A stretch of DNA of 64,000 bases from Octopus vulgaris (taxonomy: Eukaryota), in NCBI GenBank assembly GCA_951406725.2, contig OX597818.1, positions 24,366,001-24,430,000 of the forward strand, written 5' to 3'. A program made the position numbers and the translations under genes. A model generated the notes under the pieces. The model saw only the letters and a program-made list of their open reading frames with translations. It was not told the origin of the DNA and ran no database searches. This document shows positions 42,321 to 57,702 of this stretch, in pieces (position 1 is the stretch's first letter; every line of letters begins with the position of its first letter).

Positions 42321-42699
42321 CACTACCAGAAGGATTAGTCTTAACACTTCTGCTGCAGAGTATGCTCTAAATTAAAATCTTATGAAGAAAAAACATAAGT
42401 AATGTAGCTGCTCAAAATTATCTGTTTAAGAACAAATTTCACATACTGTTTTAACAAAACATATTTCAGTGACACCCAATAACCAAAACCAATGTCAGTA
42501 TAAAAAAGACTATACTAAAGAAATTTATTTTTTTAAACATGAAAGTTGTTCACATATTTTAAAATGAGCTGTGCTTGTCAGCAGCTGATTGCATGGATAT
42601 AGCTTCAAAACCAATAAATATCAAACTGACAAAAGGAAATACTTCTTCTATAGAACGACTAACAAATGTTGCTTCTCCAAGGACAGTAATCAGCAACAT

Positions 42700-43620
42700 A
42701 TCGAACATGATCTAAAAGTAAAGTAGTGGCAATGTGGAAACAGAGTTTTTGAGTGAAGTGGGTGCAGGCCATGAAGTGGAATGTCACCTGGGAGGACATC
42801 TGATAATGGAACCTACAGAGAATCAAGTTCTTAATCCAGGGGAATGGGCTATGATGTCCTCCCCACCAGCCCATCAAATTTATTAACATGGGGCATAGCG
42901 AAACTCCCATGCATGCACCCAGTGTTCAAAGACAGAGACCTTTAAATACATCCTAAACAGCTGCTGTGAGGCACTGAATGAGTTATGCTATCACTGGAGA
43001 CAAAATCAGGTTGTCAAGCTCATTGATGAGGCAATCAGCAAAAATACCAGCACTACAGCCAGTAAGATAGCCTTTGTTAAGGAGGGACACTCGCTAAAGA
43101 AAAGAATCAGAACAGCTCTTGTAGTTTGCTTTCCCCATCAGATTACTGGATAATGGAAATTAACCTAGAGAAGTAGCTATAATTTTTAGCACATTTCACC
43201 CAGACCTTGTTGAGACTAGATATCATTTTGATTTCTGAGACAAGGCAGTAAATTCTATTAGAATTAAATATATCCTGGGAAGAAAGGGTGGAGGAAGCAG
43301 AAGAGTTGAAGAGAACTAAGCACCAGAAGTTGGTAGAAGACTTCCACAAGAATGGATAGAGAACAAGATGTTTACCAGTGGAGGTTGACAGTTAAGAATT
43401 CACAGGTTGTACTCTTAATAATGCATATGGAACCCTCAACATTACAGGAGTCAGCAGAAGAGCCATCAAGAACAACATAGAAGTTGTTGAGAAAGCATAT
43501 ACATGGCTCTGATTGAAGACAGATGGTCACTGAAGTAAGTAGAAAGCCATTTGGGCTCAAGCTTAGGTCACTTGGATGAGAGGGCATGTTTAAGATCTCA
43601 GACACTCAATGAATCCACAA
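42700..43620 (+). mobile_element. Decayed R2-superfamily (HERO-like) non-LTR element, RLE endonuclease domain
   Basis: YHWRQNQVVKLIDEAI and LRLDIILISETRQ*ILLELNISWEERVEEA..K..KHQKLVED...CLPVEV match an RHN / PD..E.xK restriction-like endonuclease. Confidence 0.75.
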
Positions 43621-43904
43621 TACAACACTGACTTTGTGTCCAAGTATTACAGCTGTAGATGTATATAGAACTAATACAAGAGTCTTCAACCACACCTTAT
43701 CACTGGAGTTCTCAAAAGAGAAAATAAGACTTTTGCTACACAAGAATTGGTTTGAGGTATGGAAAGCAAGCATTCAGGAAAATATCTCTTTAAGAAAATG
43801 CAAAATAGTCTCATTGGATCTGTTTTAAATGGATCTGTGTAAGAGAAGACAAATTGAAAATGAGGATAACAAAATACAAAAGAGAGTAATTAATTTCAAC
43901 TTAC

Positions 43905-44011
43905 TTTTTTGACCTGTTCTAAATAAAGTTCTGTTTTTGCATCATTTTCTCTTTGCATTTTCTCTCTGGCTTTCTGCATTGCTTCAAATGTCTGTTGACA
44001 CTTTTGATTGT
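43905..44011 (-). CDS. SELENOS: Internal coding exon (107 nt, phase 1/0) of a selenoprotein S-like gene: (x)NQKCQQTFEAMQKAREKMQRENDAKTELYLEQVKK
   Basis: Acceptor ttttgatatttatag and donor gtaagt; open frame. Aligns with human SelS [28 protein letters not shown]. Size and phases match my recollection of vertebrate SELENOS exon 3. Confidence 0.75.
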
Positions 44012-44856
44012 CTATAAATATCAAAATATAAAAAGAAATAGTAGAATACAAGCTGTTAGATTAACAATAAAAGCTACTACTGCACAAATGTGAGAAAACC
44101 TGGATGCATTTATAAGATATTTTATTTAGAATTTAATTCACTTTATAATCTATATTTCTGGTTTATGAATATTCCATGACTAATACCATATTGCTACTTT
44201 CAGCTTCATTTCCAAACTGTTTTACAACAGTAACATTGTGTTTATTTTAATCTTATTCAGGAACATGATACGGCAGAATCATTAGAACATTGGACAAAAT
44301 GTCTGGTGGAATTTCTTCTGGCTTCAAATTCCACTAAGGTCAACTCTGCTTTTTATCTTTCCAAATTTATTATCATCATCATTTAATGTCCATGTTCTAT
44401 GCTGGTATGGGTTGAATAGTATGACAGGATTCAATGTGTCCAAGGACTGCAGTGTCTGTTTTGGTGTGATTTCTATGACTGGATGCCGTTCCTAACACCA
44501 ACCACTTTATAGCATGGACTGGGGGCTTTTTTCATGTCACCTGCACTATTAAGGTTGCCATGCAGCTTACAGAACTACAAACCTTGGGGTGGAAGAAATC
44601 AGGTTCACACTAGAGGATGAGGAGATTGAACTGTGAGGTGATGGAGGAATGCAACTTCTTGTAGATCTGCATAGCTATTCAAATATAATAGGGGAAGGGG
44701 AGAGAAAGAGAAAGGTCAATAAAATAAGGTACTAGTTGAGTATTGGGGTAGATACAATCAACTGTCCCCTCTCATCCACCAAATTTCCGATCATATGTCT
44801 CCATAAAAATTAATTTAATCTCATTAGCTAGCCATGGCCTAGATGGTGTTATTTAA

Positions 44857-45202
44857 AAGGGTAAAGGATAACGACCCCCTTTGGTCATGAGTGACCATGG
44901 AATTGCACCGAGAAAGTTATCCTCTGAGGCAGTCTGGGCAAGGTTGTTTATGGAAGACCAGCAGTTACTCATGCATACAAGCCGCCCCCTCCACACCACC
45001 AATGTTATCCAAGGGAAAGGCAAAAGTCGATACAGCTTGGCACCAGTGATATTGCAACTCATTTCTACAGCTATGTGAACTGGAGTAATGTGAAATAAAG
45101 TGTCTTGATCAAGTACACAACACACAGCCCTGTCTAGGAATCGAACTCACTATCGAATGATTGTGAAGTCAATGTTTTAACCACTACACCATGCACCTCC
45201 AT
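44857..45202 (-). mobile_element. tRNA-derived SINE
   Basis: Minus-strand head tggaggtgcatggtgtagtggttaa...gagttcgattcc, followed by gtgtacttgatcaagacacttt. Confidence 0.72.
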
Positions 45203-47109
45203 GATGTTAGTTATAGTCTGCTATAATAATACTTTGAGCTTTCCAGCAAGTATAGGAGACAGCTCTTAATCTGACATCATCAGCAAAGGCATCTTTTAAA
45301 TATTTAATGATTTCTAAAGAGAGTGTACTGTTTGAGGAAAAGATGCTACCAGTACCAACCACCTTGTTGAGTTGAAGAGATTGGAAACATTTTCTTCCTT
45401 GGCTTGTGAGTGCATATGGTGATATGAAATAAAGGATATATGCAATGAGAGTTTGGGAGGAATTTTGTTGAGTGGATGCCGTGTGGAGTTGCAAGCAAAG
45501 CAAGTAACAAATGTGAAATCTTTTTCAGTATCCTTTAATTCTCTAATACAGCTATAGTGTGAATAATAGAAAAGTGGCTGCAGCAACTACAGCAAAATTA
45601 TATTTCTGCTCAACATATGGGCTTCCTAAAAAAAAAGGCATTTGTTTCAAATTTCTCAGTGCTTTGAACCAAACCAAAACAAACTTATTCACTTTTCACT
45701 TGTACAGATAAAAGCTTCAAATTAAATGGTTGAAAGCTGTCATGGTTGTTTTGGTGTGATGGTTTATCATATCAGATCTGTCTATGGGAGATAAGTAATT
45801 CAATTCTTAAGATGATTATATCCACTTTTTCCTGTTAAAAGGAGTATATTTACTTAATATTTCATGAGCTGTTTTTATTATATAGTTTCATTTACATTCA
45901 AGCCTCCTAAAAAAATAAAGCTATTTTCAAATTTCTCAATGCTTTGAAGAAAACCAAAACATATACATATTTTTAAATATTTGATCTTGTTAACAAAATA
46001 TCATATCACATAAAAATAATATTTTGAGACTATTTTTATTTTTATCTATTTTATGAAACATAAACAGATGACAACTTAAAGTGACATACACTTCATCTAA
46101 CCATAACTTTCATATATAATAAATAATACCACCCCACCTCTGCTTCAGTAATCAAAGCAAAACTTTTGCTAACTATGTTTAACATAAAATTAATAAAATC
46201 ATAGAGATTTTAAATACTGCTTAGTGCATGTTCTATAATACAGATTAATAAGTAGAATAAAAATAGTGATAAATCCATAAATTAAGGTTGACAATATCTG
46301 AGATCATTGTAGATGTAAGTTTTAAAATATTGTTCACTGCACATTGTCCTGTTGGTAAGAAGAATTTAACAACCTTTAGATAATGCAAATGATCTCCTTT
46401 TGGTTTCTAACATGCAATATATACACAGCTGTTAATAAATAAATAATACATATACACACAAATGGTACAATGAGGTGACATAATATAGCAGGTGTCATAT
46501 AAATTCAAACACTTAAATTAACATCCACAATAAAACCCCAATATATCAATATCCTTATCATTTCCTCATTTAATAACTCCCTCTACTTACTGCAGGAAGA
46601 GATAATGTGTTCTTACCAAACAACTTGCTATCTGGTATAGACTCATAATCATTATCTCTTATGATATTTTCCTGAATAGTAAAAGCAGCATCATTAATGA
46701 ATTATCATCCTTATTGTAATAATTTCACTATATTCATACCAATGCTAGTAGTGGCGCCTCTGAAGGAAGAAGAAGCTGAGAAATCAATGCAATTTTTCTT
46801 CTTTTATGGTTCTGACCTTTTCAAACTGGATTAAGTGCATATATTATACATTTCTCGCCATTTTCCTTTCATTTAACCAAACTAGAACTTTTTAAATAGT
46901 GTCAATAAAAATCATCCAGTGATATGATAACAGAGGTATTTTATAGTCAGAGCATTGAATAAAGAGTTCTAACAGCAAAAGTTTTATAAGTTCATGCTTT
47001 CTTAAGAACATTCAATATTGGCATTAATTGTACTCCATGCAGTATCAAGAAATGAATTGTATTGCTACTACTAGTATGACATTTTATCCTGCCTTGCTCA
47101 AAAGAGTAT

Positions 47110-47157
<48 letters not shown>

Positions 47158-47257
47158 TAGAGAGGTAGAGAGAAGAGAAAGAAAAAGAGATTTTATATAT
47201 ATATATAAATATATATATATAATTATAGAGAGATAGGGAGAAGAGAAAGAAAAAGAG

Positions 47258-49619
<2,362 letters not shown>

Positions 49620-49745
49620 AAGATATATATATATATATATATATAGTTAATCGAAAAAAAAATTAGGAAATACACAAGAAAAAACAACAATGCGAGGATG
49701 TGATACATATGTGGTACTAGAAGCTCAGAGAAGGAAAGGTAAGTA

Positions 49746-49780
49746 GTTTTACATTTCAAGCAAAGCTCTCCATCAGAAAC
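49746..49780 (-). ncRNA. Degenerate minimal hammerhead ribozyme (Penelope pLTR-type)
   Basis: gttt-CTGATGG-a-gagc-ttt-gctt-GAAA-tg-TA-aaac. Stems I and II are intact; the core has an A9>G change. Confidence 0.5.
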
Positions 49781-52700
49781 AGGAGATGGAGGAAAGGCCA
49801 AAAGAAAAGGAAGACAGAGGGAAAAAATCGCCAACAATCCACATGTGGTTACTCCCATTGTCCTCTCCCCACAACTTCTCTGCTTCTTCAACACCCCTTT
49901 TCACTTGCCCTCCATTTCTGGCCTACCACCATACCTCTCTTTCCTTTAATGACTTACTCAGGATTCCTTTCCACCATAATCTATTGCTCTTTTGTTGTTC
50001 CCTTTCCTTCACACCTTTTGTCCATACTCACCTTTATAATGTAGGATAGGTTTAGATATCCCCCACCATCTCATTTCCACTGTATCTCACTTTTCTTCAT
50101 CTCTTGATGCTAATCCCTTCCTCTTCCCATTTCATGCATACTCCCTTTCACCCAATTAATGCCTACCATGCTACTCTGTAGCACTTTCCACTGCCACCTC
50201 ATTGCAATTATTGTAACAAAACATCTTCAAATGATTATTCCGGACCATATTCACCATCTACTTCAATTACTGCTTCCCGTGTGCTTGACAGATGGTCAGA
50301 CCATCATTTAAAGATGCTTTTGTTAAATATTGTTATTGTTTTTGTTGAATAAAATTTGTTGAAAAAAAGCCGCAATAATTAAGCACCAACTAAATATAAC
50401 TCTATCTTTCTCATCTTACTTACCCTTCACCATCTACAACCATCCTATACATTCTCTTCTATTCTCTATCAGTTATATAACTAAGCCCTTGCTCTTGCAA
50501 GTTACAGATCTTCACTAGTGCAGGTAAATAATGTACAACCATAGAAATACTGTTTATCCTTTTCTAATAGTCCTTAACATATGTATTCATCCTTGAGAGT
50601 AAGCATATTTTCCCTTCAACAGATTTCAGAACATCATAGCTTTTTGCCCCATGAGCATAAAGGTGAAATTTTTCTGGATCTCTTGGATTAACTGTGGATA
50701 CATAGCTATTTACATTGTGATTTCTTCTTATTGGCAACCACTTACTTTCTCTATAGCTAAAAACAATGAATGGGAATTTAACAGTGGTTTCATTATTCTT
50801 CAGCATGCTACATATCACTGAGTTCCCCATAGGGAAATAGAAAAAAGGGTAAAACATTGGGTCAAGATGACAAGAAAATATGAGATGCAAGCAAGTGGGA
50901 CGTTCCTTGGATGAATTACAATGTCTCTATTTCATTGATAAATATAGTAGTAATTTTATTATCCATAGGTAAATTATACTTCTCATTAGCTAGCCTACAA
51001 AACAGGCTAGCTAATGAGAATTCACAAGTCCTGATCCTGAACACAGTGGTATGGCAAGAACTATCAAACCTTCATATGTGAGTCCTACAGGCTATCACTT
51101 TGGCTATTGTTAAGTTTATATAATGTATGTGTATACACAAAATATATAGGATTAGTGGAAACATTGTGTTCAAAGTAAAAATTATTTTGTTTAATCTTAA
51201 CATGAATCAAAGTTAATTGTGAAGAATTCTAATACCACTATATATTCACTAAGAGAGGCAGACAACTAGAAACTAAAACAGAAAAAATTCTAATGGACAG
51301 TGTGAAGTATTAAACAAGATTAGGAAAAGTTAAACAGCAAGAAATGAAGTTGCAGAAATTAGGAAAACAAATACTTCAATTAATAAAGAATCATTCAATT
51401 AGATTACACTCAAATAATGATGTGTTTGTTCTATAAACTCTATTTTCAATACAATTTCTTCATTTCTATTTCATTAAAATTTTTTTTTTTATATATATCT
51501 TTTCCTGCATCTAGGGGAACAGTACATAATACCTATGATCAAAATAAAGTATTGATGGAGGCTGAAAATATTCTTGAAATGTTATATATTTAAGACATAT
51601 TGTTAAAAGCATTAAAAACAACATCTAAAAAAATAAAATAAATCTGAAGGAATTGAAAAGACAATTCTTTTTATTGAAAATATACAGAATAAACTATGAA
51701 AATGAAGCAAAATATTTTTTTAACAAAATATTAAAAAATTATTTCTAATTAATTTTCCTAAAAGTTAGTTTAACATAATATGGGGAATTCTAAAATATTT
51801 GATTTAAACAAGTAGATTTTTATCATATTAAATGAGGCATATACATTTAATAAAATCCTCTAATCAAGTTACATGAGATCTACAAAAGAACAACAGAATA
51901 AATTGAAAGCAAAAGAAAAAAATGAATAAACCAAAATTTGATAAAAGAATCATGAAATAAAATAATGAAAAATCAAAATTCTTTGCAAGTAAAAGATATA
52001 TATTCAAGTATTAGGTCATCAAAAGTACCAATAACATTCCTTCCAATATTTTATACAGTGATAGGGAAGTAACGATGATAGAAGTAAATTAAATATTTTA
52101 AAGTATTTATTTCATCCAGCAAAGTTTTCAGTTCAAATCCTTACATCTCTTTATGGTTAATAAAATAGCACCAATATTATACAGGTGTCAATTATATCAA
52201 CAGCATCTCCATCATGGAGAAGTTAACCTTTTCACTAGTCAAAACAAATCAATATTTTGTGAAGAGAAGTATTCCAAATGTTGTATCTCTGTCAATATTA
52301 TATTATACGAGAGAAGCTGATGTCTGTCTGTCTGTCAAAACATCTATTACAAGGAAGGAAAAGGAGAGGGGTCAAAAGAGGAGATAACCTCTTCTTTTAG
52401 AAAAATAGGAGAAAAAGTTAGTGTTAGGAAACAAATACAGTATCAGAGAGAGCAGGGAGAAAGAGAGGGACACAAAGAGAAGGTCAAATATAGTTAGATA
52501 GAAAGACAGATAGACTGCTAGATAGATAGGAAGGTAGGTAGAGTAATCACCATAGTAACTATCAGATTTTGATTAAAATTATGGGAATTTTAAGCGAAAG
52601 CCTGTCAACACAATGCAACACTGACTTCAAAGAAATAACTGCATATATATATATATATATACTACATATATGGGAAATTCTGTCTATCTGTGGGTGTGTT

Positions 52701-53659
52701 TGTTATAAGCTAACTCCTCCTGCATCGTTTTATCGATTTTGATGGAACTTGACACTTGAGTAGAACTCATGTCTGGAAACCCCGTAGCATACTCAGATTG
52801 TTGAAAAAAAAAATTGATAATAGTGCACCTGGAAAGGATCCTTATATATATCCAAGGGAAATAACCCATTCATATTCCTAAATTATTAGATAAAAATGAA
52901 ATTGAGTATGCTTATTCCTTAGTATTTGAGCTGTTACAGTTATTTTTGTAATTTATCCAGTACAACCCTTAAATAAGTAAATAGTATTTTCCTAAACAAT
53001 AGATCCACTTATTTCTTTTAGTGACTTATTCATGAATAACCCAAAACTAGCACCCCTGAGGGTAATATTCTCTGGGAATGCACAAAAGCCCTTTTCAGAG
53101 TTATTTACTTTGAACTGTAATTATCTCATATCTGATTAGCCTGTTATTATGTAACATGCTTCATAATTTTAGTAAACATACCTTATTAGTATTTCCTCCT
53201 ATGTTTTATATACTCTGGGAATGTATTAAAAACCTTTTCAGGGCTACTTTATGTGAATTCTTACTACTGGGTAACAAATTTCATGTTATTACATAACTGA
53301 CTTCACCATTTGGGTATTCATAACTTATTGGGAATTCCTAAAAACAAGATTCTGTGCAAGACAGTTTGGTATTCTCTGTAAATGCACAAAAACTGTTTTA
53401 AGGGCTACATACTTTGTATTGCTGTTATTGGATTAGCAAAACAATTATGAGAATGGAACCAAGGGATAAGCTCCTGCTTTCCTGGAAACTACTGGGTACG
53501 TCAGCTAGTATATATGAACAACCTTTAGCTTGTTCATATATACATATATATGTATATGTACATACATCATACATATATACATATACATACATATATATAT
53601 GGATACATACATATATACATGCATACATACATACATATACATATACATACATACACAGA

Positions 53660-54160
53660 TATCATCATCATCATCACTTTCATCATTGTTTAACAAGCAT
53701 TTTCCATGCTGGCATGGGTTGGACAGTTCAACTGGGGTCTGGGAAGCCAGGAGGCTGCACCAGGCCCCAGTCTGATCTCACAGTGTTTCTACAGCCGGAT
53801 GCCTTTCCTAATGCCAACCACTCCGAGAGTATAATGAGTGCTTTTTACTTGCTACCAGCACAGGGGCCTGAGGAGCTGGCATTGACATATATATATTGAC
53901 ATATGTACATATATATCATTGGATGGTGCTTTTTATGTGCCACGGGCACAGAAGCCAGTTAAAGCAGCAGTGGCATCAGTCATTTTTGGACAGTGCCTTT
54001 TACGTGCTATTGGCACGGGGTTCACAACTACAATTTCCATTTGATTTGATTTTGATATTGCTGTTGATGTACTTAACTCAATAGTTCTTAAGCATGGCAT
54101 ATTGCCATACAATCCAAGGTATTTTTGAGTGGGCTGGTTATACGACAATGGTGTAGGTTA
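53660..54160 (-). mobile_element. RTE 3' UTR fragment
   Basis: (CAT)n followed by tttccatgctggcatgggttggacag. Confidence 0.75.
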
Positions 54161-54431
54161 CATACTCACATATATATACATATATATATACATACATATA
54201 TGTTTCTTTATTACCCACAAGGGGCTAAACATAGAGGGGACAAACAAGGACAAACAAACAGATTAAGTCGATAACATCGACCCCAGTGCGTAACTGGTCC
54301 TTAATTTATCGACCCCGAAAGGATGAAAGGAAAAGTCGACCTCAGCGGAATTTGAACTCAGAACGTCAAGACAGACGAAATACAGCTACGCATTTCGCCC
54401 TGCGTGCTACCGATTCTGCCAGCTCGCCGCC

Positions 54432-54876
<445 letters not shown>

Positions 54877-54974
54877 CCGGAGTAAACACATAAATGTGAA
54901 ACAAGGTGGAAAAAAGAGTACTCAAATACCAGTGGTAGAGTAATATGCTTTATTTTAAGCAGCAGAAAATTCAA

Positions 54975-55024
54975 CAAAATCTGTTACTCTGAGTTTCTCG
55001 TTGCCGTTCATCAGACAGTTTTTG
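54975..55024 (-). ncRNA. Minimal type-I hammerhead ribozyme (left arm copy)
   Basis: Exact reverse complement of 57441-57490. Confidence 0.8.
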
Positions 55025-55524
55025 CTAGAATGGAACATATATATTAATTCAATCTATACTCTTACAAACGCTACACCTTTAAAAAGAAATGGACTTGTTT
55101 GATTGGCCCTTTAGAAAAAACGGTCAATCTTCGAGCAATAAACAAAAAGGTCAAAAATATATGTATATATATATAAAAACTTATAAAAATTATAAAATCC
55201 GAGGAAAATACCGAGGAAAAAACCTGTTGCCATTAATGAAGACAGTACAAATTAATGCATAGAAATTAAACCTGTTATAAATACTGCAATACATATTTAT
55301 ATTAAAATCCACATATATATATCAACATACACAAAAGGATGCGCGTAAACGCCATACATATATATACAGACGTATGAATATGAATCTAAATTATACACAT
55401 AAAAGCATGTGTACATATATTCACGCAAACCGTCTCGCACGCAAGCTAAAATTCATCTATGTAGCAATTCTCATATACTGAGCAAGGAGGGGGAACGAAA
55501 GAAAGGGAAAGAGAGAAAAGGAAT

Positions 55525-56436
55525 GAAAAGCTATCGTATATTAGCAAAGATTCGAACCATCCACCAGTTATCCTTAGCAACTTAGTCAGCAATGTAGGTA
55601 GAAGAATATCTTCAATTTCTTCGGACGAGGCAGCATTCCATAATGCTGCACCTTATTACGATAGCGCATTAAAGAATAGTGGATTCTCGGAGAAGATCCA
55701 GTTCAACCAGCTTAATGCTAATAATAATGCTGCACGAAGAACTAGGACTAGGAAAGTTTTGTGGTTCAACCCGGCTTTCAATTTGGCCGTAAAGACTAAT
55801 ATAGGTAAGGAATTTTTGAGATTAGTCTCTAAGCATTTTAGGCAGGGTCATAAATTCTACAGAATATTTAATAGAAGAACCCTGAAGGTTAGCTATTCTT
55901 GTTGCAGAAATTTCGCCTCTTACATTAGCCAACATAATAGGAAGCTAATTGAGATTAGACATGGTGCCGAGCCCATTAAGAAATGTAATTGCAAAAACGA
56001 AAGCTCCTGTCCGTTAGAAGGGAAATGTCTAGTGAAAGGAGTAGTTTATAGAGCCAAGGTGCAAGTGGAAGGCTCATCGGAATACAAGACATACACAGGG
56101 GCTTCAGAAAATTCATTTAAAACAAGATTTTATTCTCATAAGAATTCTTTTAAATACCCAGAGAATAGAAAGAAAACCAGCCTAGCAAAATATGTCTGGG
56201 AACTAAAAGAAAAGGAAGCCCCACCTTTCAACGTGACATGGAGCATTCTGGACAGGGCGGCACCATACAGGCATGGAGCTTACAAATATAATTTCAAGTG
56301 CAGGCTTTGCTTATTAGAAAAAATGCACATATTATTCAAAGACAATAATTCTTTGAATCAAAGAAGTGAATTAATGAACTTATGTAGGCACAAGGCTAAA
56401 TTTAAAATGTCGAATATAAATATACCATATGGATAG
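55525..56436 (+). CDS. Penelope-like ORF C-terminal fragment (RT thumb, CxCx5Cx5C linker, GIY-YIG endonuclease), open for ~300 aa
   Basis: SNHPP, WFNPAF, KVSYSC, CNCKNESSCPLEGKC, GVVYRAKV..YTGASENSFKTRFYSH, CRLCLLEK and LNQRSELMNLCRH. Confidence 0.9.
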   Translation, partial: EKLSYISKDSNHPPVILSNLVSNVGRRISSISSDEAAFHNAAPYYDSALKNSGFSEKIQFNQLNANNNAARRTRTRKVLWFNPAFNLAVKTNIGKEFLRLVSKHFRQGHKFYRIFNRRTLKVSYSCCRNFASYISQHNRKLIEIRHGAEPIKKCNCKNESSCPLEGKCLVKGVVYRAKVQVEGSSEYKTYTGASENSFKTRFYSHKNSFKYPENRKKTSLAKYVWELKEKEAPPFNVTWSILDRAAPYRHGAYKYNFKCRLCLLEKMHILFKDNNSLNQRSELMNLCRHKAKFKMSNINIPYG

Positions 56437-57440
56437 AGTATATATTTTGTATTTTGATTTTTTGATTTTGATTTTGACTCTTGAGCGCTACAACGGACCT
56501 ATAGCAAAGTCTTATTGTTTCTACATATATATTAGGAAAAACCTACAAACTTTGTTTTCATGTTATTGTATTGCATAAGATTACCTTGATTATTTATATT
56601 ACCTTGATTATTTATAAATGACCCAAAATAGGATGTTATATTTTATTTTATAGGTCTTTCGTATATATTTTTATTAATGCACCCATTTTTTAAAAGCAAT
56701 GTTTTTTTATAAAAAAAGCAATGTTGTCAAATTTAGAATGTTTATATAAGTTTGTGTATAGCAAAGCATATGTATTTGTAAGCATGCGTATCTGTGTATG
56801 TGTAAGTGAAAGTAAGCTTGTGCTTAAGCACACATATACACGACGGTATGTATATGTATCAATTCAAACTTGTGTATGTATACTGGCCTCTATAGATGCC
56901 AAATAACATCGCTACAAGTTTTTTCCCCACCCCTCCTCCGTTCCTTTTTCTCTCTTTCCCTTTCTTTCGTTCCCCCTCCTTGCTCAGTATATGAGAATTG
57001 CTACATAGATGAATTTTAGCTTGCGTGCGAGACGGTTTGCGTGAATATATGTACACATGCTTTTATGTGTATAATTTAGATTCATATTCATACGTCTGTA
57101 TATGTATGTATGGCGTTTACGCGCATCCTTTTGTGTATGTTGATATATATATGTGGATTTTAATATAAATATGTATTGCAGTATTTATAACAGGTTTAAT
57201 TTCTATGCATTAATTTGTACTGTCTTCATTAACGGCAACAGGTTTTTTCCTCGGTATTTTCCTCGGATTTTATAATTTTTATAAGTTTTTATATATATAT
57301 ACATATATTTTTGACCTTTTTGTTTATCGCTCGAAGATTGACCGTTTTTTCTAAAGGGCCAATCAAACAAGTCCATTTCTTTTTAAAGGTGTAGCGTTTG
57401 TAAGAGTATAGATTGAATTAATATATATGTTCCATTCTAG

Positions 57441-57490
57441 CAAAAACTGTCTGATGAACGGCAACGAGAAACTCAGAGTAACAGATTTTG
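57441..57490 (+). ncRNA. Minimal type-I hammerhead ribozyme in the Penelope pLTR; predicted cleavage after GUA at 57480
   Basis: caaaaactgt-CTGATGA-a-cg-GCAA-cg-a-GAAA-ctc-a-gag-TA-acagattttg: full core, stem I ctgt/acag, palindromic stem III actc(a)gagt. Confidence 0.82.
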
Positions 57491-57702
57491 TTGAATTTTC
57501 TGCTGCTTAAAATAAAGTATATATACATATATATATATACATATATATACATAGAAATATACATACAAACATACATATATATATGCTAATATATTCCCTA
57601 GTATTATATATATATATATATATAATATTAGGGAATATGATTCCAAAATTACAGGGAAAATTCAAATTAGCAATACTAAATCAATTTTCACAATATATAA
57701 TA

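Larger units (their letters stand above)
54877..57517 (+). mobile_element. Young 5'-truncated Penelope-like element with inverted pseudo-LTR arms (54948-55523 and 56941-57517)
   Basis: The ~575-bp arms differ by about 3 substitutions and 1 indel by eye, flank an open RT-thumb/GIY-YIG frame, and each carries a hammerhead motif. Confidence 0.92.

Noticed and set aside
46740-46830. Possible upstream SelS exon ending ...AGCATTG|gtatg (phase 1 compatible)
   Set aside because: There is an in-frame TAA shortly upstream, no transmembrane segment and no SelS similarity.
52684-52869. 61-aa ORF as a possible host exon
   Set aside because: The sequence resembles the caagtttcatcaaaatcg-type internal motif of non-autonomous Helitron-like repeats (cf. 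7518-7540), and I recognise no protein similarity.
55525-56436. Selenocysteine-encoding Penelope (reported for some Naiad elements)
   Set aside because: There is no in-frame TGA in this fragment and I recognised no SECIS.
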